Of a stretch of 50,778 nucleotides of DNA, positions 17,996 through 26,802 are shown piece after piece. The notes beneath the pieces are model-generated. The model searched no databases. It saw only the letters and a program-made list of their open reading frames with translations, and was not told where the DNA came from. Both the position numbers and the translations under genes were made by a program. How positions within the stretch are numbered: the stretch's first letter is position 1; the number at the start of each line of letters is the position of its first letter. The DNA is from a virus. Lineage: Duplodnaviria > Caudoviricetes. Location: positions 1 to 50,778 of IMG/VR virus record IMGVR_UViG_3300036806_000033. One strand, written 5' to 3'.

Positions 17996-18520
17996 ATGAC
18001 CGAGTGGACGGCCCAGAAGGTTGCGGACAGCTTTGATGCTGCCGGAGCCTTCCTTCGTGAGTTCCTTATGCAGTACCCCATCCTAGTTTCAATATTGGGT
18101 GGAGTTTTGTTGGGACTCGTCATTCTCAACCTCGTCATTAAGCCGTTGCGCATCGCTTGGTGGCGTATCTCTATCTGGAGGGCTAGAGTGGCTGGGAAAG
18201 TGATGCATTGGAGCTACGACTCCGATGTTGCTGATGCCATCGTCTCAATCACCAACCGCTACTGGACATCAGGTCGTATGTCTAGCAAGCAACGAAAGGA
18301 GAAGTTGCGCATCCTAGCGCAAGCATTGAACTTGCCTGAGTTGCATCAAGAACGCAAATATCGCTCACTGCATCCGTATTTGCTAGCACAATTGCGAGCA
18401 AAAACGGTTAATGCTTTGGGCGGAGCGGAACGAGCAGCTCAAAAGCTGATCACAGCGAAGGCCAACAAGGCTCGGCCTAAGGTGAAGTTGACAATTGTCA
18501 ATGGCACCAAAGCAGCCTGA
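17996..18520 (+). CDS. Membrane-anchored basic protein
   Basis: AAGGAG RBS; TM segment ILVSILGGVLLGLVILNLVI; ends in KAA. Confidence 0.8.
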   Translation: MTEWTAQKVADSFDAAGAFLREFLMQYPILVSILGGVLLGLVILNLVIKPLRIAWWRISIWRARVAGKVMHWSYDSDVADAIVSITNRYWTSGRMSSKQRKEKLRILAQALNLPELHQERKYRSLHPYLLAQLRAKTVNALGGAERAAQKLITAKANKARPKVKLTIVNGTKAA

Positions 18521-18535
18521 CGTTAACCTCAGCAA

Positions 18536-19894
18536 ATGCTGATTGGAGCGAACCAAATGTATATGTTCTCGAAAAAGGGTCACATCCCTCCGTTAACCGC
18601 TTTCGAAGCTGCGACCAAGGATCACAGAGAAGCCTTTGGCATGGCAGCTGTTGTCGATAACGACATCGTCCATCAGGTCGGCGCTCTGCCGTGGGAAGAC
18701 GACAAAAAGCAAGTGGCTGACCTCCATGCTATGGCCGAGTCCTATAAGGACAACACCTGCTTATACTGGTTCAGCGACAGTGTCGTCCCAACTGAACAAC
18801 CCTTCATCATCTTTGAAGCAGAAGTCGAAGGCAAGACTTCCATTCAGGCCGTAATTGCTCTGGCTGGTGATTACGAAAAGCATGAAGACGAGAACGTGCC
18901 TGAAAGCCCTGAGAAGATTTGTTTTGACAATCTTCTCAAGCCACGGCTAGATGAGATTGCCACTAAGGTAAAGTTCGAACCTGACGGCATCCAATCTTAT
19001 CTCCAAGACAAAGATCAAGCCACTGCGTTTCTCGACGGTGCCACGTCTGAAACATCGGACATCTGTCTGATGTTCGCCAGCGGCGGAGACGAAGGCAAAG
19101 GTTTCCTGATGAATTTCGAGGGCTCCGAAAGCCCTTGCAAGCATTTCTCGTGGGGATACATGAGCGATCCCCTCGGCTATACCGAAGACAAGGCTGGCGC
19201 CACTACCAAAGGTGGCAAGATTTCTTTAGCGCCGAAGAAGAACATTACCGCCGAGATGGATAAAGCCATCGGCACAAAAATACTCATTTCGATGCATCCG
19301 CCGAAGTCTGTCAAGTCTTCCAAAGACTTGGTCACGTGGTATCAGACATGGAACGAAGCCAAAGACAGCAAAGGCAAAGGCATCGTTCCTGAGAACATGA
19401 CCAAGCGTCCGCCGATTGATGTAGATAAAGCAAAGTGGGAAGCCGAGCCCTTTCAGAAAGGTGTTAAAGGAACTACAGCAACCTCTGTTCCACCTACTGC
19501 CGGCACCACCTCAACCAAAATTGCTACGGCTACCCAAAAAACCGGGGTTCATCATGTGACTTTCAACCCTACGCTTTCAGCGGCAGACAAAGCCGAACTG
19601 ACGGGTGGATGGTTGCGTGAAGGTTTTATCAACGATGCCACTACTGCAACCAAATCTCTGGCAGATGCTGAATATAAAGTCCCTACGTTCGTCGAAGTTA
19701 CCGGCATCTCCGCGAATGATTTGTTGCGCCATACACCAACGTCACTCAACTACCTCGTGCGTAAGCATGAAACATTGGCTACCAACCTAATTGTCGAACT
19801 GCTTCGATTGTGCGCCCAAAAGGGCGTTCTAACGGTGAAGTCTCCCACCGATAAGCCGGCTACGAAGATCCAATTGAAAGGCAAAGCTGCTTGA
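18536..19894 (+). CDS. Degenerate class II glutamine amidotransferase-like N-terminal domain plus unknown C-terminal domains (likely start 18557)
   Basis: MYMFSKKGHIPP...A..DH.EAFGMAAV...EQPF pattern resembles phage Ntn GATase-II but has no N-terminal Cys; adjacent to a GGCT-like gene. Confidence 0.5.
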   Translation: MLIGANQMYMFSKKGHIPPLTAFEAATKDHREAFGMAAVVDNDIVHQVGALPWEDDKKQVADLHAMAESYKDNTCLYWFSDSVVPTEQPFIIFEAEVEGKTSIQAVIALAGDYEKHEDENVPESPEKICFDNLLKPRLDEIATKVKFEPDGIQSYLQDKDQATAFLDGATSETSDICLMFASGGDEGKGFLMNFEGSESPCKHFSWGYMSDPLGYTEDKAGATTKGGKISLAPKKNITAEMDKAIGTKILISMHPPKSVKSSKDLVTWYQTWNEAKDSKGKGIVPENMTKRPPIDVDKAKWEAEPFQKGVKGTTATSVPPTAGTTSTKIATATQKTGVHHVTFNPTLSAADKAELTGGWLREGFINDATTATKSLADAEYKVPTFVEVTGISANDLLRHTPTSLNYLVRKHETLATNLIVELLRLCAQKGVLTVKSPTDKPATKIQLKGKAA

Positions 19895-20043
19895 TCGATC
19901 TTCGTTCGGCATAGTCCATCCTCACCTGGACCACAGGGCGCCCCTCGCCCTGCGAGGATGGACAGCAGGCGAGCCGTAGCATGCCCATTTCCCCCATGCG
20001 AAAGCTCGCCTGCCCTTTCCCTCCCAGCCGGAGACAAATCCCC

Positions 20044-20715
20044 ATGCTCAGAGAACTTAGCAACATGATCAACGGCAGAGATATGCCGTCGACGGTTTGG
20101 AATGTGGATGCGTTGGTGAACTCTAAATACACTCCTGACCTTCCTCAACTGTTCACCAAGACGCATTGGTGGGTATTCATGTACGACGACTATCCAGTAG
20201 AGGAGGAAGCTCAACGTGTCGCATTCACGAACGAAGATTATCTCCTCTATCGTAAGAAGGAGAATGATGGACTGGTTGCTCTTGCGGCAACGGAGAAAGA
20301 TTCAACAGCTTTACAACGACCTTCATGGGCTGACCCTATACGTCGTTCAGCAGCGTGGACTTCTGCCCCGGCTACCCGGATCAAAGGCACGATCCATTTA
20401 CTCACTCCGGACCAAGTTATTTCAATTGACAAAGATGTCCAAAACGGAGTAGAGTTTGAACGTAGACGTATTACGCTCCTCATTCCTACCCGGCAGCTGG
20501 TCACGTTTCCTGACCATTGGAAAACGAACGGAGGAAAGAAAATTAAACCCTTTTTCCAGATGTTCGTTCATCAGCTGCAAGCCTGGATATGGGAGGGTAA
20601 TCGCGCACTATTTGATCAGCGGATCAATGGCATTGACTATGAACCCGCTGATATTATCACTCCTGCCTCCCTTTGGATCGGCTCATTTTATACAAAAGAA
20701 AAATGTCGAAGATAG
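20044..20715 (+). CDS. Gamma-glutamylcyclotransferase (GGCT/AIG2)-fold protein, degenerate
   Basis: WVFMYD...IKGTIHLL....VISID....GVEFERRRI...AWIW parallels FVYG...V.GEVY....L..LD..E...Y.R..V...AW.Y; GGAG RBS before 20044. Confidence 0.65.
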   Translation: MLRELSNMINGRDMPSTVWNVDALVNSKYTPDLPQLFTKTHWWVFMYDDYPVEEEAQRVAFTNEDYLLYRKKENDGLVALAATEKDSTALQRPSWADPIRRSAAWTSAPATRIKGTIHLLTPDQVISIDKDVQNGVEFERRRITLLIPTRQLVTFPDHWKTNGGKKIKPFFQMFVHQLQAWIWEGNRALFDQRINGIDYEPADIITPASLWIGSFYTKEKCRR

Positions 20716-22262
20716 TAGAACTCCACAAGCCGTGTCCCAGTCCTAACTGCTCTAGCAGTAATGCGTATTGCAAATGGGATGACGGACACGGCTACTGTTT
20801 CTCCTGCCATTCATTCTTCAAACCAAATGGTGATAGGAGCAACGATCCACAATACACTTACGAGTACCTTCCATGGCGTGGAGTCACCAAAGAGAGCTTC
20901 GAATTCTATGGTGTTAAAACTAAGATAGCACCTAATGGTGAACCTCTGGCGATTGGTTTTCCTTATCCAAATAGCAGTGTCAAACATCGCTACTTAGATA
21001 AGAAAGACTTTCGCTGGTCTGGTGATGTCCAGCCAGGGTTGTTTGGTATGAATAAGTTCACTCCAGGCGCCTCCAAATACATCACCATCACAGAAGGAGA
21101 GTTAGATGCTATCTCACTCAGACAAGCCTTACTTGACGGAAGAGGATTTGGTGGAACCCAAACGCCCCAGTCGTCTACGACGGATTTTCACGTCGTCTCC
21201 GTCTCTTCTGCTTCTAGCGCAGTTAGGGATTGTACTAGTGCTCGATCCTGGCTTGACCAATACGAGCGCATACTTCTCTGCTTTGATGAGGACGCCGTCG
21301 GGCTTGCTGCTGCAAGACGTGTCGCGACGCTCTTTGATAGTCGTAAAGTCTACCATGTGCGTCTTGGACACCGAAAAGATGCCAATGACTTTCTGCAGGT
21401 AGGTGATCCTGCTGCACTCAAAGAGTTATGGTGGAAAGCAAAGAAGTTCATGCTTGACACCATAACCTCCACCTTCGCAGAAATGCGAGCATGTCTGTTT
21501 ACTCCTGATCCACCATCTATTCCTTTTCCGTGGCAGTCATGGAATAACTCCCTGTATGGCTTACGCCAAGGAGAGAGTTATTTGATTACTGCGTTAGAAG
21601 GAGTTGGAAAGACTGAAGTGATGCACCACCTTGAGCATCACCTGCTTAAGGAGACAGATGCCAATGTCGGATCAATCTTCCTCGAAGAGCCTACTAAAGA
21701 TCATTACAAAGCTATCGCCCGGCTGGAATTACGGCAGCCTGTACATCTCCCGAACAGCGGTGTGGACCGCATTGCAATCGCCGAAGCTGTGGAAAAAGTT
21801 ACTCGGAGGGATGAGCGTCTGTTCGTTCATACTCATCATGGGTCAGACAATCCAGATACTATTCTCGACACCATTCGGTTTCTCGTTACTTCGTGTGACT
21901 GCAAGTATATTCTTTTGGACCACATTGGGATGGCTTGTGTTGGACTCGAAGGAGACTCCGAACGAATAGCGTTAGATTATATGTCCAATCGTTTACAAAT
22001 GATGGTTGTAGAACTAGGTTTTTGTTTAATTGTTGCTAGCCATGTTAACGATTTTGGTGAAACTAGAGGCAGTCGAATGATTGCTAAAGTTGCTAACAAT
22101 CGTATCAACCTGTTTCGTGATGTGAAAAATGGAGAAACTTTCACTCATGTTCACGTTGCAAAAAACCGGTTTGGAAGCAAGACCGGACCACTTCTAGACC
22201 TTTGCTTCAATCTTTCAACCTTCTCTTACACGGAATATCAAGAAAGCCTAAACAATGGTTAA
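20703..22262 (+). CDS. T7 gp4-like DNA primase-helicase
   Basis: Zn finger CP..NC...CFSC, TOPRIM ITEGELDA/CFDED/KDAND, Walker A EGVGKT, ILLDH, KNRFG. Confidence 0.95.
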   Translation: MSKIVELHKPCPSPNCSSSNAYCKWDDGHGYCFSCHSFFKPNGDRSNDPQYTYEYLPWRGVTKESFEFYGVKTKIAPNGEPLAIGFPYPNSSVKHRYLDKKDFRWSGDVQPGLFGMNKFTPGASKYITITEGELDAISLRQALLDGRGFGGTQTPQSSTTDFHVVSVSSASSAVRDCTSARSWLDQYERILLCFDEDAVGLAAARRVATLFDSRKVYHVRLGHRKDANDFLQVGDPAALKELWWKAKKFMLDTITSTFAEMRACLFTPDPPSIPFPWQSWNNSLYGLRQGESYLITALEGVGKTEVMHHLEHHLLKETDANVGSIFLEEPTKDHYKAIARLELRQPVHLPNSGVDRIAIAEAVEKVTRRDERLFVHTHHGSDNPDTILDTIRFLVTSCDCKYILLDHIGMACVGLEGDSERIALDYMSNRLQMMVVELGFCLIVASHVNDFGETRGSRMIAKVANNRINLFRDVKNGETFTHVHVAKNRFGSKTGPLLDLCFNLSTFSYTEYQESLNNG

Positions 22263-22280
22263 AATGGGAGAAAAACCGTC

Positions 22281-22718
22281 GTGCCAAAGATAACCGTCTA
22301 TAACAATGCTGATAAACCCCACAAGGGTCGCATTAAGAACTGGACACAATTAGCAACAGAAGGAAACATCATCTGCGGTTTCTACGTAGACCATCCAGAT
22401 TTCAAAAACAAATGGGGGCACACAAGTTCTATCAAGCATATAGCTGAACCAAACCAGTTCGGCTATCGTGAACTTGAAACTAAGAATTCCAGATATACTC
22501 TCGTAGGTAAAGAACTGACCTGGGAAGAGTATGTAAAGGTCCGGCAACAATTGGAAAGTGATCAACATGCTAAAGCGTATAAGTTACTTTCCCCCGATCC
22601 CCGGCCTACACCTGTTCAAACAGTTCTCCAACCAACCAATAACAAATCGAAAAAACTTAATGACAAACCTTATTACTCCAAAAAAACCCAACCTCGTCCT
22701 ATTAACGGGCGGAACTGA
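22281..22718 (+). CDS. Conserved phage hypothetical protein
   Basis: I.NW...G....HP.F.....HTS.I...ETKNSRYTL motif; GGAG RBS with GTG start. Confidence 0.7.
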   Translation: MPKITVYNNADKPHKGRIKNWTQLATEGNIICGFYVDHPDFKNKWGHTSSIKHIAEPNQFGYRELETKNSRYTLVGKELTWEEYVKVRQQLESDQHAKAYKLLSPDPRPTPVQTVLQPTNNKSKKLNDKPYYSKKTQPRPINGRN

Positions 22719-22998
22719 TGGCGATGGAGATTATCTTACTCCACTGCCAATAGGTACAAAGTTCCTTGCCAAAAAGGAATCGTCCATGTTAGGATACGAC
22801 TTACAGATGTGGACGGTAGTAAACAAGAGTAGACGTTCTCGTTTGCTTACTATTGGTGGACAACCACTCTGGGTACAACCATTTGATTTTTGTCAAAAGA
22901 ATAAACTGATTGAGGTATTAGATGATAATTGGACCGATAGACCGAGAGACTTGGAACCTGCTACGGCAGATCAACACAAGCTTGACGTGGATGCGTAA
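22660..22998 (+). CDS. Hypothetical protein
   Basis: MTNLITPKKPNLVLLTGG... within the ORF called 22558..22998. Confidence 0.6.
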   Translation: MTNLITPKKPNLVLLTGGTDGDGDYLTPLPIGTKFLAKKESSMLGYDLQMWTVVNKSRRSRLLTIGGQPLWVQPFDFCQKNKLIEVLDDNWTDRPRDLEPATADQHKLDVDA

Positions 22999-23079
22999 TC
23001 AACCTACTAGCAGATGGGATATATGTATTGAAAAAGAAGGTGCTATTTATGAAGAATTGAAACAACGGTATGTTGCTTA

Positions 23080-25062
23080 ATGCGATTAATAATTGACGTT
23101 GAGGCAAACTCTCTTGACAATCCTACTAAGATATGGTGCATTGTAACGAAAGACCTGGACACAGGAGTCGTCGATGTTTATCGCAATCTTACTGAGGATG
23201 CAAACGAGGCTGCTAGGTTCAAAGCCGTCTGGGATCAAAGACCTATTCTTATTGGCCATAATGTACTTGGTTGGGACTTTGATAATCTTGGGCGTTTGCT
23301 TAACCTTAATCTCGACGATATTGATGATCGCACGATTGATACACTGATACTTTCAAAATTGGTGGACTATCCGCGTGATGGCCACAGCATTGAAAGTTAC
23401 GGTGTTGAGTTCGGCTTTGAGAAGTTGGCATTCACCGACTTCTCTAAGCTGAGCGAAGAAATGGTGACCTATTGCACGCGGGACGTTGAAATATCCGAGA
23501 AGATATTTCTGAAGTATCGTAAGGTAATCAACGATCCCCGGTGGAAGCAATCCATACTCACTGAACATCAATTTCAGTGGCGTGCAGTTAACGCTATGAA
23601 GAGGAATGGATTTGCATTTAATACAGAAAAATGTAAAAAACTTCTTGACAAAGTCACAAAAGAGTTAGAAATTCTCGATGAACAAATCAATAAATTTCCA
23701 CCTATCTGGAAACTTCTAAGCATTGTTACACCTAAAGCTACGAAGTTTGGAACTATTGCTCAAAATTCTCTTCCCAAAATTTGGAGAAGCAGAACATGCG
23801 AATTAACAGTTGGTGTACCATTCGAACATGGTGAATGGATCAAATTCAACCCATCATCTGTTAAGCAAGTAGTAGACCTTCTATGGCAGGCTGGTTGGAA
23901 ACCAGAAGATCGCACTAAGACTGCTATTCTCACTGAGCGTGAGTTAGGGAAACTAGAACGCGACAAATCCAAAGACCAGTCTGCCATAGATCTTCTTAAA
24001 AAAAAGCAAGAGAAATTCAAGAAATATGGTTGGAAGATTAATGAAAATAATCTCCATACTTTACCGAATACTGCCCCTGAGGCAGCGAGAACTCTAGCAC
24101 GTAGAATTCTCGTCGAATCCAGACGCCGAACCCTAACGGAATGGCTCAACCTCGTTAAGGAAACAGGACGTATCCACAGTCAGTTCCAAGGGATCGGCGC
24201 CTGGACCCATCGCATGGCTCATCAGAAGCCAAACATGGCGAACATACCGAACCATTTAGATACTCAAAAAAGAGTTCGGTACTTGGGCGCTGAAATGCGG
24301 TCACTGTTTATATCCCCACGAAAAAGGCTGCTCGTCGGTGTAGATGCTGCGGCAATCCAGCTGCGCATCTTCGCCCATTACATCGACGATGCAGCCTTTA
24401 CTAAAGCCCTTGTTGAAGGTAAAAAGGAGAATAAAAGTGACCCACATTCTCTTAACAAAAACACCCTTGGCAGAGTTTGTAGATCAAGAGATGCAGCTAA
24501 GCGGTACATTTTTGCCTTGTTATTGGGAGCGGGATCCGGTAAGCTTGCCGAGATATTGGAATGTTCAGCTGAAGAAGCGGATGCCGCTCTTCAGAACATT
24601 ATGGAGCGATATACCGGGTTCACTTTTCTTAAACAGTCTACAATACCGGCCGATGCCAAGAGAGGGTGGTTCTATGGTCTTGACGGTCGAAAAGTTAGGA
24701 TACCTGGAGACACCATCAGCGAGAGACGGCACCTTGCTATGTCTGGGTATCTACAAAATGGTGAAGCGGTTATCATGAAGATGGCAACTCTTCTTTGGAT
24801 CAAGTATCTCGAAGAAGAGTTTGCTAAACCAGAGTGGAAAGACATAGACCACAACTGGCTTCTAGTGAATTTAGTTCATGATGAATGGCAAACTGAATGT
24901 GACTATTACATGGATGTTGCACTAAAAATTGCGGAACTGCAAGATAAAGCTTTACAAGACGTTGGTAATATGTTACACCTTAAGTGTCCTTTAGCAGGAA
25001 GCTATCGAGATGAGGATCGTAACGATTACACTATCGGCACGAACTGGAAATTAACACACTAG
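23080..25062 (+). CDS. polA: Family A DNA polymerase with 3'-5' exonuclease (T7 gp5-like)
   Basis: ExoI DVEAN, ExoII GHNVLGWD, ExoIII YCTRD; motif A VGVDAAAIQLR; motif B RDAAKRYIFALLLG; motif C VHDEWQ. Confidence 0.96.
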   Translation: MRLIIDVEANSLDNPTKIWCIVTKDLDTGVVDVYRNLTEDANEAARFKAVWDQRPILIGHNVLGWDFDNLGRLLNLNLDDIDDRTIDTLILSKLVDYPRDGHSIESYGVEFGFEKLAFTDFSKLSEEMVTYCTRDVEISEKIFLKYRKVINDPRWKQSILTEHQFQWRAVNAMKRNGFAFNTEKCKKLLDKVTKELEILDEQINKFPPIWKLLSIVTPKATKFGTIAQNSLPKIWRSRTCELTVGVPFEHGEWIKFNPSSVKQVVDLLWQAGWKPEDRTKTAILTERELGKLERDKSKDQSAIDLLKKKQEKFKKYGWKINENNLHTLPNTAPEAARTLARRILVESRRRTLTEWLNLVKETGRIHSQFQGIGAWTHRMAHQKPNMANIPNHLDTQKRVRYLGAEMRSLFISPRKRLLVGVDAAAIQLRIFAHYIDDAAFTKALVEGKKENKSDPHSLNKNTLGRVCRSRDAAKRYIFALLLGAGSGKLAEILECSAEEADAALQNIMERYTGFTFLKQSTIPADAKRGWFYGLDGRKVRIPGDTISERRHLAMSGYLQNGEAVIMKMATLLWIKYLEEEFAKPEWKDIDHNWLLVNLVHDEWQTECDYYMDVALKIAELQDKALQDVGNMLHLKCPLAGSYRDEDRNDYTIGTNWKLTH

Positions 25063-25084
25063 TGTTTCGAAATTAAATTAATTT

Positions 25085-25561
25085 ATGGCTACTAAACAAA
25101 TATATTTAAGCGGTAAATGTAGATATTGTCACATTCACGCTCCTGACAGATTTGGCCACTGGTCAACTATGCTTTACTTAGATGATAAATCTAAAACTAT
25201 CTGGCAACAGTTAAAAGAAGAAGGCATTCAAAACCGTATGAAAACGGATCAAGATGGGGCATTCGTAACACTACGGTGTCCTATCGAAAAGAAGATACGT
25301 GGAACAATGACCAAGATGAACCCAATCCTTGCGATTAAGGATCAAGTTCCTTATATCGGAATGATTGGTGATGGTTCAGATATCACGTGTATGGTTACGG
25401 TATATGACTACCGTAAACCGATCACCAACGAGGCAGGTAAAGCAATTAGATTGTCGGCTATTAAAATAAACAATTTAGTTGAACCTACCTTAAAAGCCTT
25501 ACCTCAAGCGGGTCAAGAGCAGGCTGCGGCGTTGATCGGTCAAGCTGACCCAATCTGGTGA
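25085..25561 (+). CDS. Probable ssDNA-binding protein (T7 gp2.5-like OB fold)
   Basis: Follows the polymerase; GK..Y..I..PD..G.W...L, IGDGS.....V.VY, IRLSAI.I.NLVE. Confidence 0.7.
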   Translation: MATKQIYLSGKCRYCHIHAPDRFGHWSTMLYLDDKSKTIWQQLKEEGIQNRMKTDQDGAFVTLRCPIEKKIRGTMTKMNPILAIKDQVPYIGMIGDGSDITCMVTVYDYRKPITNEAGKAIRLSAIKINNLVEPTLKALPQAGQEQAAALIGQADPIW

Positions 25562-25565
25562 GACT

Positions 25566-25826
25566 ATGGAGTATTATTATAAACTCTATAGGCCAGAATA
25601 TATCACTGTAACAATCAGTGATCCAAAGGAGAGTACCATGAGTAAAACCTACGAGACTGTAAAGTGGCGTGTCGCATATAACGAGTTTGACACGTTCGAA
25701 GAAGCTAAGACTGACGCTGACAAGCGAGCTCTGAAAGATTGGGAAGATGTCCCTGTCTGGAAGACCGTTGGTGTGGCAAGGTCTGCCTTCGCGCCTACCG
25801 CAGTTACCTGGACTGACCTCCAGTAA
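25566..25826 (+). CDS. Hypothetical protein (strong internal start at 25638)
   Basis: AAGGAG RBS before MSKTYETVKW. Confidence 0.7.
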   Translation: MEYYYKLYRPEYITVTISDPKESTMSKTYETVKWRVAYNEFDTFEEAKTDADKRALKDWEDVPVWKTVGVARSAFAPTAVTWTDLQ

Positions 25827-25863
25827 CACCGTGGCTTGTTGGTAAAAGTAACCCTCTGTAAAT

Positions 25864-25901
25864 CGAAAGGGCATTAGCGAAAGTTAGTGCCCTTTCGTTT
25901 T
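25864..25901 (+). terminator. Rho-independent terminator
   Basis: CGAAAGGGCATTAGC-GAAA-GTTAGTGCCCTTTCG followed by TTTT. Confidence 0.85.
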
Positions 25902-25916
25902 CCAAAGGAGGAAGGA

Positions 25917-26126
25917 ATGCACGATGATGTCAGATATTACAAACGAGTCTCAGTCTGTGAAAAGGTGGCCATTCAAAAGATGGTCAGCGCAGGAAGAGGA
26001 AGACGGAGACGTGTCAAGACAGTCTTCAAATGGCAGTGTAGACCATCTATTCGCATGATCAATGAGGGTGAGTACCCAATCATGAATGAAATTCAGAAGA
26101 TCTCATATAAATTGACGATCTTCTAA
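25917..26126 (+). CDS. Small basic protein (69 aa)
   Basis: AAGGAGG RBS before ATG 25917; Arg-rich. Confidence 0.6.
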   Translation: MHDDVRYYKRVSVCEKVAIQKMVSAGRGRRRRVKTVFKWQCRPSIRMINEGEYPIMNEIQKISYKLTIF

Positions 26127-26802
26127 CGAAGTAACCCCGGTAGTCCTGGCAGTATTTGTGTGCTTTTATGCACTGGCCCTGATGACTGGCGCCAGCCTAA
26201 GTCGTCCTAGGCAAAGGAGTGTAGTTGTAGCTGGATGCGCTCTATACGCACAAGGACGCCGGGGTTACACTAATTCAGTTTAGGAACTGCGAAGACTGGT
26301 GAGCATTCAGCCACCGACTAGTGGTTACCTAATCCCGAGAATACCTTCACGACTATGTTAGCCAGATCACGGTCACGGTATCAGCCAGTTGTGATGCCCG
26401 CTGTCCAGTGTTGTCCAATGTAGTGCTGAGTGCGAAGATTTCTCGGCCTACCGAACCCATGGGTACGTATTAAGACCTAGATCGGCACGCGTATGTATGG
26501 CTGAAGTAGGGTGCACTCATCTGAGTGTGATGTAGGGGTGCGATCCCGCCCGTCTTGTATCCCGTGCGGTACGATGGAGGCTAAAAAGTAACTGCATTCG
26601 GGAATAGGAAAGGCCTGCTCTCCGCAGGCTATGGCAAACAGTGAGGACGTGCAGCAGGTGTTCAAAAGACAAGCCAGATAGACGTGAAAGGCGGTGAATG
26701 CCTCTAGTCAATGTGATCCTGGTAACTAGTCTTAGTAATCTTCCTAGATTTTGACAGATACAGGGCCGATTGTGCAGTTAGCCCTGCCCGTTTGGAAACG
26801 GC

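Noticed and set aside
26178-26210. Hammerhead ribozyme suggested by CTGATGA
   Set aside because: The putative stem II is followed by GTCC rather than GAAA, and no stem III/NUH arrangement was found
26583-26644. tmRNA resume context AAAAAGTAACT-GCA with a short reading frame (AFGNRKGLLSAGYGKQ)
   Set aside because: The tag lacks ANDN or a terminal AA, and no G3-U70 acceptor with CCA or tmRNA D-loop was found; CTGCA is better explained as a helix strand
26277-26750. Group I intron or RNase P RNA
   Set aside because: GACTA/TAGTC words exist, but the P/Q/S consensus, an interrupted host gene and the RNase P GAGGAAAGTCC and ACAGAA..CGGC signatures are missing
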